From: an uncultured Acidobacteriota bacterium
Lineage (GTDB): Bacteria > Acidobacteriota > Terriglobia > UBA7540
DNA length: 64,000 nt
Direction: 5' to 3'
NCBI GenBank assembly: GCA_963804995.1
Contig: CAWDSK010000003.1
Location: 928,001-992,000, forward strand
The translations under genes and the position numbers were made by a program. Positions 18,306-29,948 of this stretch are shown one piece after another. Position 1 is the first letter of the stretch; the number at the start of each line of letters is the position of its first letter. A model generated the notes under the pieces. It ran no database searches. It saw nothing but the letters and a program-made list of their open reading frames with translations, and was not told the origin of the DNA.

Positions 18306-20583
18306 TTATTGGTAGTGATGGGCGGCGACAAGCGCTTGGCCTAAACTGATGCCGCCGTCGCCGCAGGGGACTTCGGAGTGGGTGAATACCTGGAAGCCAC
18401 TTGCCTCCAGGTGCTTGCTTGTGTGCTCCAGCAGAAAACTGTTTTGGAAGGACCCGCCACTCAGGCAAACCTGATTGATCCCGTTGCGCCCATGAATCAT
18501 CTTCGCCGTACGTACCAAGGCGTCCACAAGACCCAGGTGAAATCGCCGGCTGATGACACCGCGGGACACTCCCTCCCGAAGATCCCGCACCAGAGCCACG
18601 AACATTGGGTGCGTATCGATTATCCAACCGTCCCTCTCCCCGCGAATCGAGAAGATGTAGCTGGAGTCTTCATCTCCCTCTTCCAAGGCGGCTTCGAGCT
18701 CGATGGCCGCCTGCGCTTCGTAGTTGACCTGCTCGCGAATCCCCGTCAAAGCCGCAACCGCATCAAACAGCCTGCCAGTGCTCGAGGGTCAGAGGGGAAT
18801 TGATTCCGCGCTCCATCAGCCGCAGCAGAGTCTCGGAACGGCGGCGGTCGAGGTCGCGTGTGAAGGGAATATCGAGTTCCCAGAGATCCCGGCCAAAATG
18901 GTGGAACAAGTAGGCGAGTGCCATCCGCCGAGGCTCCAGGATGGCGGCAGAGCCCCCCGGCATCGGGATGTAATCAAGGTGCGCGAGTCGGTCAAAACCA
19001 TGATAATCCGCAACTAGAACTTCCCCGCCCCAGATGTTTCCATCCAGTCCGTAGCCCGTACCGTCCAACGCGAAACCGATGACCGATTCCTCCAGGTGAT
19101 TCTCCGCCATGCAGCTTGCAATGTGCGCATGGTGGTGCTGAACCCCCACGCGCTCGATGCTCTGCTGTGCCAATGCCCAGCGCGTCGAAAAATAGTCGGG
19201 ATGGAGATCATAAGCAAGTAACCCGGGCTCAACCTCCAGGATGCTCTGGAGGCCCGCGACCGTCGATTCGAAAAACTTGTAGCTTTCCAAGTTCTCCAGA
19301 TCACCGATGTGCTGGCTCAGAAAAGCCTCGCGGCCGCGGGTCAGGCAGATGGTATTCTTCAGTTCCCCACCCAATGCCAGCACCGGCCGCAGTTCATCCT
19401 TCAAGAATACCGGTGCGGGAACATAGCCGCGAGAGCGGCGGATCTGCCGTGGCCTCTGCCCTTCAACGCGCAGCACCGAATCGTCGCAGCGCAGAAGAAT
19501 TTCACGATTGTGGACGAGGAAGTAATCGGCGATGCCACGCAATCGCTCAACGGCTTCCGCGTTATCGATGGCGATAGGTTCTTCCGAGATATTTCCGCTC
19601 GTCATCACCAGCGCGTCGAAGCGCTTCTCAGCAAACAGCAGGTGGTGCAGGGGTGTGTAAGGCAGGAAGACTCCCAGGTCGCGGTTGAACGGCGCGACGG
19701 AAGCGGCCAGGCGTTGTGGCTGCTTCTTCGGCAAAAGCACAATGGGGTGCGCAGGAGTCTTGAGAAGTCTTCGCGAGACATCATCCAAACGGCAGAACTC
19801 CTCGAGGCACGCGAGGGTCGGCGCCATGATCGCAAAGGGCTTTTCCACCCGCCGCTTTCTTCCCCGCAAGCGTGCGACGGCGGCCTCGTTCAGGGCATCC
19901 ACAGCAAGGTGAAATCCGCCCAGGCCTTTAACCGCTACGATTTCACCCGCAGCCAGGAGTTCGACCGCTTTCGCGACGGGATCGGAGCCATAGAGTTGCC
20001 GCCCTTCGCCATCCCATAGTTCCACGTGCGGGCCACAGTTCCAACAAGCGTTGGGTTGGGCATGAAAGCGGCGGTTTAAGGGATCTTCGTATTCGCGTTG
20101 GCAGTCCGGACACATGGGAAAGACTGCCATCGAGGTGTTGGCACGGTCGTAAGGGATGTCGCGCACGATCGTGTAACGTGGGCCGCAATTGGTACAATTG
20201 ATGAAGGGGTAGCGGAATCGCCGGTCGGCCGGATTCAAGAGCTCACGCTGGCAGTCGTCACAAATCGCCACGTCGGGAGAGATCAAGACTCGGCGCTCTT
20301 CACCGGCGCGACTCGGCAGAATGAGAAATGCCTGGTCGTGGTTGGAGGGACGATCGGTAACCGAAAGATTGGTAATGCGCGCGAGCCGAGGAACTTCCTT
20401 CGGCAGTCTCGAAAGAAAAGCTTCGATAGCCTCAGCAGTACCTTCCACTTCGATGGAAACCCCGGCTTCCGTGTTGGTAATAAAACCTGCGAGATTATTT
20501 TCGCATGCAAGCCGGTAGATGTAAGGGCGAAAACCCACGCCCTGGACGATACCCGCAATTTCGATGGCTTTGCGCACGCTCAT
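18306..20583 (-). CDS. hypF: Carbamoyltransferase HypF (single-base frameshift at ~18787)
   Basis: GIVQGVGFRP, two CxxC zinc fingers, RRFHAQP, KGLGGFHL, QHHHAH; removing one C restores PLTSSTGRLFD; C-terminal LSGGSFQN, PCGDGGISLGQ. Confidence 0.93.
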
Positions 20584-21269
20584 CAGCCACCCAGGGTTGG
20601 CAGCTTGGCAGACTCGGCAATCTCCCCGCGCTTCTGGAGCCATTGGATCCACTGGTCCAGGCCTTGGCCCGATGTGCAGGAAACCTCCAGAATTTCCATA
20701 TCCGGATGGATGCTTCGGGCATTCTTTCGCGCCTGTGCCATGTCAAAGGAAACGTAGGGGAGCAGATCGATTTTATTGAGGACGAGAAGTTCGGACTTCA
20801 GGAAAATGGAGGGGTACTTCAGCGGTTTGTCTTCGCCTTCCGTAACACTCAGGAGCACAATTTTCGCCGCCTCCCCGAGATCGTAGCTGGAGGGGCAAAC
20901 CAGGTTCCCAACATTCTCGATGATGACCAGATCGAGTTCCTCCAGCTTCCATTCTGCAAGCGCGCGTTCCACCATGCGGGCGTCCAGGTGGCACGCGCCC
21001 CCAGTCGTGATCTGCTTAGCGGGAAAACCGAAGCGCGCCAAGCGGCGGGCATCGTTGTCAGTCTGAATATCTCCCGTCAGCACCACGACGCGTGCATCCT
21101 TGGGAAGCCGGTCGAGGGTGCGCTCGAGAAGAGAGGTCTTCCCTGACCCGGGTGAGCTGATCAAGTTTACGCACAGAATCCCGCACTCGTGGAAGAGGTC
21201 GCGGAGGCGCGCCGCCACTCGATCATTCTCACTCAGGACTTTCTTTTCGAGCGGAATCCGATCCATCAT
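20583..21269 (-). CDS. hypB: Hydrogenase nickel incorporation GTPase HypB
   Basis: SSPGSGKT, CHLDA, ENVGNLVCP, EGEDKPLKYP, NKID. Confidence 0.97.
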   Translation of the reverse strand: MMDRIPLEKKVLSENDRVAARLRDLFHECGILCVNLISSPGSGKTSLLERTLDRLPKDARVVVLTGDIQTDNDARRLARFGFPAKQITTGGACHLDARMVERALAEWKLEELDLVIIENVGNLVCPSSYDLGEAAKIVLLSVTEGEDKPLKYPSIFLKSELLVLNKIDLLPYVSFDMAQARKNARSIHPDMEILEVSCTSGQGLDQWIQWLQKRGEIAESAKLPTLGG

Positions 21270-21609
21270 CCCTCCACTTCCATAAAAGCAAGATCCAGTT
21301 CATCGCCGCCTGCCAGGAGCGTCTCTGGCTTCGCACACCGTGGGCACGCCAGGCCATCATCTTTCACATCAAAAGTCAGATCGCACGCGGGACATCGCTG
21401 GCGGCGTGGAACCGATTCAATCTCAGCGCCAGAGGATCTAAATCAGTTCCCTGCACTAAGGCGCCGAAACCAAAGCTGAGTGCCTCAGGCTCCACTCCCG
21501 ACAAGGCCCCGATGCGCACGCCTACCTTACTCACGTGGACGCCGGGGCGCTTTTCCGCCTCTTTGCGCACGGCATCGAGAATCGCACTGGCAATGCTCAG
21601 TTCATGCAT
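21266..21609 (-). CDS. hypA: Nickel metallochaperone HypA (single-base frameshift at ~21424)
   Basis: MHELSIA; shifted frame gives EIESVPRRQRCPACD...CPRCAKP...GGDELDLAFMEVEG*. Confidence 0.92.
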
Positions 21610-21623
21610 AGCTTAAAGGACGG

Positions 21624-21738
21624 TGACAAGTGACGAGTGAAAAGCCGGCACGGGCCGGAACTCGCAAATCGCGGCCCGTTTCGAATTTCGAGCTTCGATT
21701 TTCGTCTTTCGGCTGCTCATTCCTTGTCACTCGTCTCT
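21624..21738. repeat. Nested heptamer inverted repeats in the hypE-hypA spacer
   Basis: GTGACAA GTGACGA GTGAAAA versus CTTGTCACTCGTC; inner AACTCGCAAATCGC versus TTTCGAA TTTCGAG CTTCGAT TTTCG. Confidence 0.55.
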
Positions 21739-21741
21739 GCT

Positions 21742-22803
21742 CTAACAAATCCTTGGTAGCTGGTCACCGGAGAGCATATCCACGATGCGGCTGGTGCCCA
21801 GCAGAGTCCGCAGGGTAACCAGGCCGGGATGAGCCTCCGTCACTCGCCCGATGATCTGCGCCTGCTTCCCCAGAGGATGCGCACGCATGGCCTTGAGGAT
21901 GCGCTCCGCATACCCCGCGTCCACGATGGCCACGAGCTTGCCTTCGTTTGCCACGTAGAGTGGGTCGAGCCCCAGCAGTTCACACGCGCCTCTGACCGCT
22001 TCCTGAATGGGGATGACGGATTCTTCGAGTGCCATGCCCACTCGCGACTGGGCGGCAATTTCATTCAGCGCGCTGGAAAGGCCACCGCGCGTCGGGTCGC
22101 GCATGCAGCGGATGGCCGGACTCGCCTCCAGCATTGCGGTTACGAGCGTGTGCAGCGGGGCACAATCGCTGATGATCGGGCTCTCAAATTCCAAGCCCTC
22201 ACGTTGGGAAAGTATTGTGATGCCGTGCTCGCCGATCGATCCGCTCAAGATAATGCAATCGCCGGGACGCGCCTGGTCGGCCGAAAGATTGATACCGGGA
22301 GGCACGCGGCCAATCCCTGAAGTGTTGATGAACAGGCCGTCGCCCTTGCCTCTTTCCACAACCTTGGTGTCGCCGGTAACGACCTCAACTCCCGCCTCCT
22401 GTGCGGCGCGGCTGAGGGACGCAACTACCCGCTGGAGCGTCTCGAGTGGTAGTCCCTCTTCAAGAATAAACGCCGCACTGAGGAACATCGGCTCAGCGCC
22501 ACCCACCGCCAGGTCGTTGATCGTCCCATTCACAGCCAACGAACCGATGTCTCCTCCCGGGAAGAAAAGGGGCTTGACCACAAACGAATCGGTCGTAAAA
22601 GCCAACCGGATTCCGTTGACGCCGACCAAGGCTTGATCGTTCAGGCTGTTTAGGGCAGGGTTCCCGAAAGCGGGCAAAAAAACTGTTTGGAGCAACTCAG
22701 CACTCAGCCGCCCGCCGCTACCGTGCCCGAGCAGCACCTTGTCCCACACGGGTAGAGGTACTGGGCACGCGAATCCTTCCAGTGGATGTTTGTCGTCACT
22801 CAT
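21742..22803 (-). CDS. hypE: Hydrogenase maturation protein HypE
   Basis: [40 protein letters not shown], terminal PRIC. Confidence 0.97.
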   Translation of the reverse strand: MSDDKHPLEGFACPVPLPVWDKVLLGHGSGGRLSAELLQTVFLPAFGNPALNSLNDQALVGVNGIRLAFTTDSFVVKPLFFPGGDIGSLAVNGTINDLAVGGAEPMFLSAAFILEEGLPLETLQRVVASLSRAAQEAGVEVVTGDTKVVERGKGDGLFINTSGIGRVPPGINLSADQARPGDCIILSGSIGEHGITILSQREGLEFESPIISDCAPLHTLVTAMLEASPAIRCMRDPTRGGLSSALNEIAAQSRVGMALEESVIPIQEAVRGACELLGLDPLYVANEGKLVAIVDAGYAERILKAMRAHPLGKQAQIIGRVTEAHPGLVTLRTLLGTSRIVDMLSGDQLPRIC

Positions 22804-23912
22804 CTGGCATCTCGCAATGGAGCGGCAGTGTGCCGACGATATTGGTAATACGCTGCGCAAGCACCTTCCGTCGAAACCATGGGGGCACCCAGCGGATTCG
22901 CCGGAGTACAGCGTTCGCCAAAAGCCGGGCAATCCAGAGGTTTCTTCAACCCTTGCAACACCAGCGCACTGATGCACTCCGCGGGCTCATCTACGTTGTG
23001 CTCCGCGATATCAAAAACCTTTTCGGCATCAAAGGCAGCGAACTCCGCACGCAGCTTCAAACCGCTGCGCGGAATCATCCCGATGCCTCTCCACTTCCGG
23101 TCCGAGACCTCGAAGACCTTTCCCAATATATCCTGCGCCGGACGATTCCCTTCCCGAACAACGGAGCGGGCATATTGGTTTTCGACTTCGGCGCGGCCTT
23201 CCTCGAGTTGCGCAACCAGCATGGAAATGGCTTCCAGCAAATCCACAGGCTCAAATCCACCCACCACGATGGGAACGTGAAAAGTCCGCGCCAAGTTCAC
23301 GTACTCCTCATAGCCCATCACCGTGCAGACGTGGCCGGGAGCAATGAGCCCTTGCACGCGATGCTGGGGAGACTCGAGCAGCATCTGGATGGCCGGGGGT
23401 ACGAGGACCTGGGATGCCAGCAGGGAGAAATTCTTCAACCCTTCGCGCGCCGCTTGCCAGACCGCCATGGCGTTGGCAGGGGCAGTCGTCTCAAAGCCGA
23501 TTCCCAGGAAGACAACCTGGCGCTGGGGATTCAAGCGCGCAATCTTCAAGGCTTCCATCGGCGAATAAGCAACGCGCACGTCGCCACCGTTGGCTTTGAC
23601 TTGAAAGAGATCCAAGTGCGAGCCTGGGACACGCAGCATATCCCCGTAGGAAACCATAATTACATTCGGCAAGGAGGCAATCGCGATGGCCTTGTCGATG
23701 ACTTCGAGAGGGGTCACGCAAACCGGGCAGCCGGGGCCGTGCACGAGCTCGATTTGAGCAGGAAGAAGTTCGTCGATGCCATACCGCATCAGGGTGTGAG
23801 TCTGCCCGCCGCAGATTTCCATCAGCACCCACGGCCTAGTAACGCGCCGGGCAATCTCCACCAGGAGCGCCTTCGCGATGCTCGCGTCACGGTATTCGTC
23901 GAGGTACTTCAT
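22800..23912 (-). CDS. hypD: Hydrogenase maturation protein HypD
   Basis: [39 protein letters not shown]. Confidence 0.97.
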   Translation of the reverse strand: MKYLDEYRDASIAKALLVEIARRVTRPWVLMEICGGQTHTLMRYGIDELLPAQIELVHGPGCPVCVTPLEVIDKAIAIASLPNVIMVSYGDMLRVPGSHLDLFQVKANGGDVRVAYSPMEALKIARLNPQRQVVFLGIGFETTAPANAMAVWQAAREGLKNFSLLASQVLVPPAIQMLLESPQHRVQGLIAPGHVCTVMGYEEYVNLARTFHVPIVVGGFEPVDLLEAISMLVAQLEEGRAEVENQYARSVVREGNRPAQDILGKVFEVSDRKWRGIGMIPRSGLKLRAEFAAFDAEKVFDIAEHNVDEPAECISALVLQGLKKPLDCPAFGERCTPANPLGAPMVSTEGACAAYYQYRRHTAAPLRDAR

Positions 23913-23921
23913 CGCAGTAGC

Positions 23922-24197
23922 TCACTCCTGATGCGGGTCGCTCACGGCAGGCGCGTCCAAGCCTTCCTCTGCCAGCGCGCCCATTTCCTTGAGTAACTGA
24001 AGGGTGCGTTCAGCTTCCTCCGCGTCGAGCCGGCTGAGGGCGAAACCCACGTGGACAATAACATAATCGCCCACCTCGGCTTCGGGGACAAAGTCCAATT
24101 GGACCTCGCGCGTGACGCCGCCAAAGTCCACGCGACCCATCAGCGCCCCATCACGATCTTCTTTCTGAAGAACCTTCCCTGGAATCGCCAGACACAT
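23922..24197 (-). CDS. hypC: Hydrogenase chaperone HypC
   Basis: MCLAIPG, VGDYVIVHVGFA. Confidence 0.97.
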   Translation of the reverse strand: MCLAIPGKVLQKEDRDGALMGRVDFGGVTREVQLDFVPEAEVGDYVIVHVGFALSRLDAEEAERTLQLLKEMGALAEEGLDAPAVSDPHQE

Positions 24198-24258
24198 AGG
24201 GTGCTCATCTTAAGGTAGAGGAGTTTAAGTTTGGAAAAGCTTGGGGGGAGCCAAATTC

Positions 24259-24828
24259 CTAGATGACTTCGAGCCGCTGTGCTCCACAACGTGCCGAGAC
24301 ATTCGCAATAGCACGTTGCAAGTCCCGCGCGGCATTCCGGTCGTGTGGAGCGCCTGCGGGCTCGCCGCAATGCGTCAATTCATCGACCATGTCAGCCACA
24401 ATCTCTACGGCCGATTTCACCGCAGGATTCATCTCGCCACCCAGGGTTATACAGTCCGCCGCCTCCACTGCCAGAATGATGACCTCCTCTGGGACAGGAA
24501 GGAGCAATTTCTTAGCCAACTGGAGAGTTTCAAAAAGTCCGACGTAGTGGGGTGAGGGGCAAAAATGGGACTTAATGTCAGAACTTTGTGATACGAAAAG
24601 GGTTCCAGGAGGGGCGTTCCCGGTCTGGATGCTATCCACAACTACCAAGAGTTGGACATCGGACAAATAGTCGATGAGATGGAAGCCCGCGTCCGTGGTG
24701 AAAACCACTTCCATCTGAGGGAATCGACGCCGGAGGCCTTCCGCAGCGACCAAACCGAAGGCGTCGTCGGCGAGCAACTCGTTACCCAGACAGAGGATGC
24801 GAATGGACGGATTCATCGAAGTCATCAA
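24259..24828 (-). CDS. Hydrogenase maturation endopeptidase (probably for MvhA)
   Basis: ILCLGNELLADDAFG, VVVDSI, SPH; directly follows mvhA. Confidence 0.88.
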   Translation of the reverse strand: MMTSMNPSIRILCLGNELLADDAFGLVAAEGLRRRFPQMEVVFTTDAGFHLIDYLSDVQLLVVVDSIQTGNAPPGTLFVSQSSDIKSHFCPSPHYVGLFETLQLAKKLLLPVPEEVIILAVEAADCITLGGEMNPAVKSAVEIVADMVDELTHCGEPAGAPHDRNAARDLQRAIANVSARCGAQRLEVI

Positions 24829-24849
24829 CTTGGGCCAACCTGCGGCGGC

Positions 24850-26361
24850 CTAATCGCGGCAGATTTTGCCATCCCAATCCCGGCGGAGGGTCGCCTGCAC
24901 ATTGCCTGCCCGGTCGTGGACGCGCACGAGCAGGGGCATGCTTCCGGGCAACGAATGCGTCGCGCAACCGTGGCACGGGTCATAGGCGCGGAAAGCCATC
25001 TCCACCATATTCAGGATGCCGTCCGAGACGTTTCCATTGGAAATCAACCCCTTGGCCGCCTTTTCCACGCTCATGGCCATACGCGCCGCATTGTTTTGGG
25101 TGGCCACAATCATGTTGGCCTTTTGGATGATTCCTTTCTCATCCGTCTGATAATGGTGGATCAAAGTTCCGCGGGGGGCCTCCACGACTCCGATTCCCTC
25201 TCGGGGCGTTTCAGTCGGCAAGGTCCGGATCTCGGAATCAATAATCTCAGGATCGTCAGCCAGTTCTTTCAGGCGCTCGGCCGCATAAAGGAGTTCGATC
25301 ACGCGTGCCCAATGGTTGGCCAGAGTGTGATGAACAGGCTTGCCGCCCAGGGCTGCCATATACTGCTGGTACGCTTCCTGTGAAATCGGTGTCGCCATGC
25401 CATCCGCGGCATTCAATCGAGCCAAGGGCGCCACGCAGTACACACTGCTCTCGGGTCCCTCACTGAACCCTTTCCAGCCCAACGGCTTGAGATAAGCGAA
25501 CTTCACATAGCTCCAAGGCTCCACGTGCTCGGCCACGTAGTCCAGGTACTTATCCGCCGCGAACTTATTCCACTCCTTCCCATCCGGAGTGACCACACGG
25601 AGCGCGCCATCGTAGAAATTCACACGATTGGCCGAGTCGACCGTCCCCATGTAGTAGGTGCGATGGGTAAATGCGTCGGAGCGGATCAGGTCAACATACT
25701 CACTGTTCTGGAGCACGAGCTTGTTGAAGGTCTCGAGCGTAAAGCTGGCGAAGTCGACGGCCTCCTGAGCAGTCTGCTTGATCTTCGCCTGTTCTGCGAC
25801 GCTGATACGTTTCGCCACTCCCCCGGGCAATCCCAGCACCGGGTGGACGGGCTTGCCGCCGATGGCCGTCATCATTTCGCGCAGCTTGCGTCGCATTCCT
25901 ATTACCTGCTTGCCGACTTCCACCCCCACTTTGGCGATCACGCCCAGGACGTTCCGCTCCGCGGCCGGGGCCTTGGGTCCCACAATGAAATCGGGGCCCC
26001 CCAGGAAGTAAATGTGCAGAGCATGGTCTTCGGTAACGAATGCGGAATAAAACAGCTCACGAATCTTTTTGGCAGCCGGCGGCGGCACGACCCGGTAGAG
26101 CGCATCCAGGGCTTTGGTGGACGCCATATGATGGGCAGTGGGACACACCCCGCAAATCCGCGAAGTAATCTGCGGCATCTCCTCCGCGGGGCGACCCTGC
26201 ACAAACTTCTCAAACCCGCGCAACTCCGGGACCTGGAAAAAGGCCCGCTCCACACTCCCTTGATCATCGAGAAAGATCTCGATCTTTCCATGGCCTTCGA
26301 GGCGCGTGATGGGATCAATCGTGATTTGCCGTTCCACCTTCTTGGTTTCGCCGTCAGGCAT
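24850..26361 (-). CDS. mvhA: Group 3c [NiFe]-hydrogenase large subunit
   Basis: ITRLEGHG, SRICGVCPTAH, EAPRGTLIH, YDPCHGCATH plus cleavable tail; hdr/mvhD context. Confidence 0.92.
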   Translation of the reverse strand: MPDGETKKVERQITIDPITRLEGHGKIEIFLDDQGSVERAFFQVPELRGFEKFVQGRPAEEMPQITSRICGVCPTAHHMASTKALDALYRVVPPPAAKKIRELFYSAFVTEDHALHIYFLGGPDFIVGPKAPAAERNVLGVIAKVGVEVGKQVIGMRRKLREMMTAIGGKPVHPVLGLPGGVAKRISVAEQAKIKQTAQEAVDFASFTLETFNKLVLQNSEYVDLIRSDAFTHRTYYMGTVDSANRVNFYDGALRVVTPDGKEWNKFAADKYLDYVAEHVEPWSYVKFAYLKPLGWKGFSEGPESSVYCVAPLARLNAADGMATPISQEAYQQYMAALGGKPVHHTLANHWARVIELLYAAERLKELADDPEIIDSEIRTLPTETPREGIGVVEAPRGTLIHHYQTDEKGIIQKANMIVATQNNAARMAMSVEKAAKGLISNGNVSDGILNMVEMAFRAYDPCHGCATHSLPGSMPLLVRVHDRAGNVQATLRRDWDGKICRD

Positions 26362-26409
26362 TGCGATTCACCTCTGCTTCTTTCTAGAGCGTCGTCCGAA
26401 AGTGTTTCC

Positions 26410-27426
26410 CTAAGACTTCGTCCCCGCTACCGGCGCGAGTATCTTCCGCCTCAGCAGCGAGGTCGGCAGGCTATAGCGATAGAACGTTCCGACCGGGTCC
26501 GGCACCGTCTGCACAATCTTCTCGATTTCCGCTTCGTCATTGCTGTCGATGATGGAGGAGATGGCGGACAGAGCCTTCGCCCCGTAATCACGGACCCGAC
26601 TGGTGGGTCCGAAGCACCCCGTGCAGGGCATATTGCCTTGTGGGCAGAGAGCTTCGCAGCCGCTGCGCGTCGCCGGCCCCAGGCACACCACGCCTTGCGC
26701 CAGCATGCACTTCTCCTCATCGATCATCAAATCCTGCGGCCGATTGAACTCTTTCAAGATAAGTTTCTCAGGACGCGTGTCCTTGCGCGGGCATTCCTCA
26801 CAAAGCGCGCGGTCAGGAGCCAGCACCGTCCCTTTAGGCGGCAACTCCCCACTGAGCAGCACATGGACAGCATCCCACAGGATCTTGGGCGTAGGGGGGC
26901 ACCCCGGCAGGTAGTAATCGACATCAACGACCTGGTCCAAGGAACGGACGGTTTCGAAGAGTCCCGGCAAGGTCACCGAGAATCCATTCTCCTTATGAAG
27001 GGTCTGGGGAAATACCTTCCCGGGATTCACCGTCGAGGGTGATTCGCAATAAGCTGCGGCAAGGATGCTTTCCCGCGAGGAGAGATTGGCCAATCCTGGA
27101 ATCCCGCCGAGCTGCGCACACGAGCCCAGAGCCACCAGCACCTTGGCCTTCTTGCGGAGAAGATGCGCCATCTCTTCCTGCTCGGTGGTGCGGACGGCGC
27201 CATTAACGAAGGCAGCCAGAATCGAGCCATCCGGCATGGCTTCCACGTCGTGACGTTTGAAGTCCAGGGCCACGGGCCAAAAGACGATGTCCACCGCGGC
27301 GACCACGTCGAGGACGCTCTCGTCCAAATCCAGCACCGTCTCCTCGCATCCCCCACACGAGGCGCACCAATAGAAGGCGACCTTGGGTTTTTCATTCTGG
27401 GGGACTGATGCAGGTTCCGTCATCAC
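26410..27426 (-). CDS. mvhG: Group 3c [NiFe]-hydrogenase small subunit
   Basis: CASCGGC, GSCA..GG, PGCPP, CEEC, CLGP...C...CP....PCTGCFGP. Confidence 0.92.
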   Translation of the reverse strand: MMTEPASVPQNEKPKVAFYWCASCGGCEETVLDLDESVLDVVAAVDIVFWPVALDFKRHDVEAMPDGSILAAFVNGAVRTTEQEEMAHLLRKKAKVLVALGSCAQLGGIPGLANLSSRESILAAAYCESPSTVNPGKVFPQTLHKENGFSVTLPGLFETVRSLDQVVDVDYYLPGCPPTPKILWDAVHVLLSGELPPKGTVLAPDRALCEECPRKDTRPEKLILKEFNRPQDLMIDEEKCMLAQGVVCLGPATRSGCEALCPQGNMPCTGCFGPTSRVRDYGAKALSAISSIIDSNDEAEIEKIVQTVPDPVGTFYRYSLPTSLLRRKILAPVAGTKS

Positions 27427-27902
27427 GCCGCCACCTCCTCGGGAAAGTGCTCGGCCTTGACCTCCAACCGCAAGGGGCCCAGGGCGCGGACTTTCTCCAC
27501 CATGTCATTCACCACCACTTTCAGCCGTTCGGCTTCGGAAGCGGAAATCCACTCCAGGCGAAAACGCTCTTCTTCAATTCCCATTTCATTCAAAACGCGC
27601 CGCAGCATGTGTACGCGCCGCAGGGTTTTGTAATTGCCTTCCTGATAATGGCAGTCACCCGGGTGGCAGCCGCCGATCAAGACGCCATCCGCGCCCTTAG
27701 CGAAAGCATCGAGCACAAATTGCGGATCCAAGCGGCCGGAGCACATGGTGCGGATGACCAGGATGTTGGGCGCGTACTTAAGGCGCGAGGTCCCTGCCAG
27801 GTCGGCCGCCAGGTAAGTGCACCAATTACAAAAAAAAGCCACGATTTTCGGTTCAAAGGTGTTCTGAATCGCCACAAGCGATTCTGGTTTCTTCTCAGGC
27901 AT
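27423..27902 (-). CDS. mvhD: [2Fe-2S] subunit MvhD
   Basis: FFCNWCTY.AADLAG, MCSGR, GADGV..GGCHPGDCHY. Confidence 0.95.
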   Translation of the reverse strand: MPEKKPESLVAIQNTFEPKIVAFFCNWCTYLAADLAGTSRLKYAPNILVIRTMCSGRLDPQFVLDAFAKGADGVLIGGCHPGDCHYQEGNYKTLRRVHMLRRVLNEMGIEEERFRLEWISASEAERLKVVVNDMVEKVRALGPLRLEVKAEHFPEEVAA

Positions 27903-29898
27903 TGGCCAACACCCCCTGGATTTCTGCGAAAATCTCTTCGTCTTCAAAGAGGTTCTGCTTAATGGAACCCGACGGGCAAGCCGCTACACATGTCCCGCAG
28001 CCCTTGCAGATCACTTCGTTGATTTGCGCGACCTTCTTGTCGGCGAGGAAAGTGATGGCCGAGTACGGGCAAAGAGGAAGGCAGGTTTTGCAGCCCGAAC
28101 ACTCCTCCTCCGTGATGTACGCGGTATTGGGCTCCATCTCAACGTATCCGGTATCGATCAGGACCATCGCCTCAGCGGCGGCGGAGCCGGCTTGGCCCAC
28201 CGCGTCCGGAATGTCTTTGGGAGCCTGGCAGGCGCCGGCGATAAAAATGCCGTCCGTAAAGGTGTTTACCGGAGCGAGCTTGGGATGGCGCTCCAGGAAC
28301 CAGCCCTCCGAGGAACAACTGATGTTAAAGAGACGGCGCACGTCTTTGGCGTCTGCCTGGGGAACCAGTCCGACCGAGAGCACCACCATATCCACCGGCA
28401 CGCGGCGCACGAAAGCACTGAGCGTGTCTTCGGCGCGCATCACCAATTTCCCTTCCTCCTCAGGAGTCATGGCCCAATCCGTGACCTCTGCCACGCGCCC
28501 GCGGATCATGTGGACGCCTTCTTCCAGGAGCTTGTGATAGAACTCCTCGTAGGCTTTACCCGGCGCCCGCATATCGATGTAAAAGTTGTAGACTTCCGCC
28601 CCCGTGCGTTCCTTGAGCAAGTGAGCCAGCTTCAGGCTATACATACAGCAGACGCGGGAGCACCACTTGTTGGTGTTTTCGTCGCGTGAACCCACGCAGT
28701 GGATGATTCCAATACTCTCCGGCTTGCGCCCGTCGCGCAGGATCACTTCCCCGCCCGTGGGCCCGGAGGCGTTGATCAGCCGTTCCACCTCTGGGGCCGT
28801 GTATACGTTGGGGTAGACGCCATAGCGGTAATCCGGCACCTTGCGGGCATCAAAGGTTTGGTACCCCGTGGCCAGGATGATGGCCCCCACCTTGATGTTC
28901 TCGAGCTTGGGCTGCTGCTTCAGGTCCACCGCGTGGCGGTCGCCACAGGCTTCAATGCAGGTCTTCTTGCAGCGGCCAGTCTTGAAGTCGATACAGCTCT
29001 CTGGATCGATGACCGGAATCTGCGGCACGGCCTGCGGGAAGGAGATGTAAATGGGCTTCCGCTTTCCCAGCCCGAGGTTGAACTCATCGGAGACTTTCGC
29101 CTGCTTGTAGATGCAGCCCTCGATGCACTCCAGGCACCCAACGCACAGATCCTCGTTGATATAGCGGGGGTGGCGGGTGATGGATACCTCGAAATTCCCC
29201 ACATATCCTTGCACCTGCGTCACCTCGGAAAGCGTCCAGAGAGTGATATTGGGATGTTTTTTGACGGCCGTCATTTTTGGCGTAAGGATGCAAGCGGCAC
29301 AGTCAAGCGTGGGAAATGTCTTGTCAAACTTCGCCATGTTCCCGCCGATGGTCGGTTCGCGTTCGACCAGGTAAACTTTCTTGCCGGCATTGGCCAGGGT
29401 CAAAGCTGCGTGGATTCCCGCGATGCCTCCACCCACAATCAGCACGGCGGGGTGAATGGGCACGCGCTTTTTTACCAGCGGCTTATGCAGCGCCACTCGC
29501 CGGATGGCCGCACGCACCAGAGCTATCGCTTTGGCAGTGGCGCGCTCTCGATCTTTGTGCACCCAGGAATCGTGCTCACGGATATTGACCATCTGGAAGC
29601 AGAAGGGATTCAGGCCCCCCTTCGCCACCGCCCCTCGGAAGGTTTCCTCGTGCAGCAGGGGCGAACACGAGGCCACCACCACGCGGTTCAGTTTGTGCTC
29701 AGCGATGTCCTGGAGGATCAGCTCCTGGCCGGGGTCTGAGCACATGTACTTGTACTCACGCGCCACCACTACCCCCGGCAATGCAGCGGCGTACTCCGCC
29801 ACCGCCTTGACATCCACCGTAGCCGCGATATTCGATCCGCAATGGCAGACGTAAACTCCTATGCGCAAATGACCATTCCCGGATTCCATCTGTATCAC
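27895..29898 (-). CDS. hdrA: Heterodisulfide reductase flavoprotein subunit A
   Basis: GVYVCHCG.NIA, CSP.LHE, GGGIAG, KTFPTLDCAACI, HCVGSRD...CSRVCCMY, C-terminal ferredoxin motifs; start may be 29889. Confidence 0.96.
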   Translation of the reverse strand: MIQMESGNGHLRIGVYVCHCGSNIAATVDVKAVAEYAAALPGVVVAREYKYMCSDPGQELILQDIAEHKLNRVVVASCSPLLHEETFRGAVAKGGLNPFCFQMVNIREHDSWVHKDRERATAKAIALVRAAIRRVALHKPLVKKRVPIHPAVLIVGGGIAGIHAALTLANAGKKVYLVEREPTIGGNMAKFDKTFPTLDCAACILTPKMTAVKKHPNITLWTLSEVTQVQGYVGNFEVSITRHPRYINEDLCVGCLECIEGCIYKQAKVSDEFNLGLGKRKPIYISFPQAVPQIPVIDPESCIDFKTGRCKKTCIEACGDRHAVDLKQQPKLENIKVGAIILATGYQTFDARKVPDYRYGVYPNVYTAPEVERLINASGPTGGEVILRDGRKPESIGIIHCVGSRDENTNKWCSRVCCMYSLKLAHLLKERTGAEVYNFYIDMRAPGKAYEEFYHKLLEEGVHMIRGRVAEVTDWAMTPEEEGKLVMRAEDTLSAFVRRVPVDMVVLSVGLVPQADAKDVRRLFNISCSSEGWFLERHPKLAPVNTFTDGIFIAGACQAPKDIPDAVGQAGSAAAEAMVLIDTGYVEMEPNTAYITEEECSGCKTCLPLCPYSAITFLADKKVAQINEVICKGCGTCVAACPSGSIKQNLFEDEEIFAEIQGVLANA

Positions 29899-29948
29899 CT
29901 CAACGTGGATCCTGAGTTTCTAAGCCTAGCCATACTTCATCCCTTAAA

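Noticed and set aside
24850..29898. Selenocysteine recoding in HdrA/MvhD/MvhA
   Set aside because: ORFs are uninterrupted and have Cys at the ligand positions
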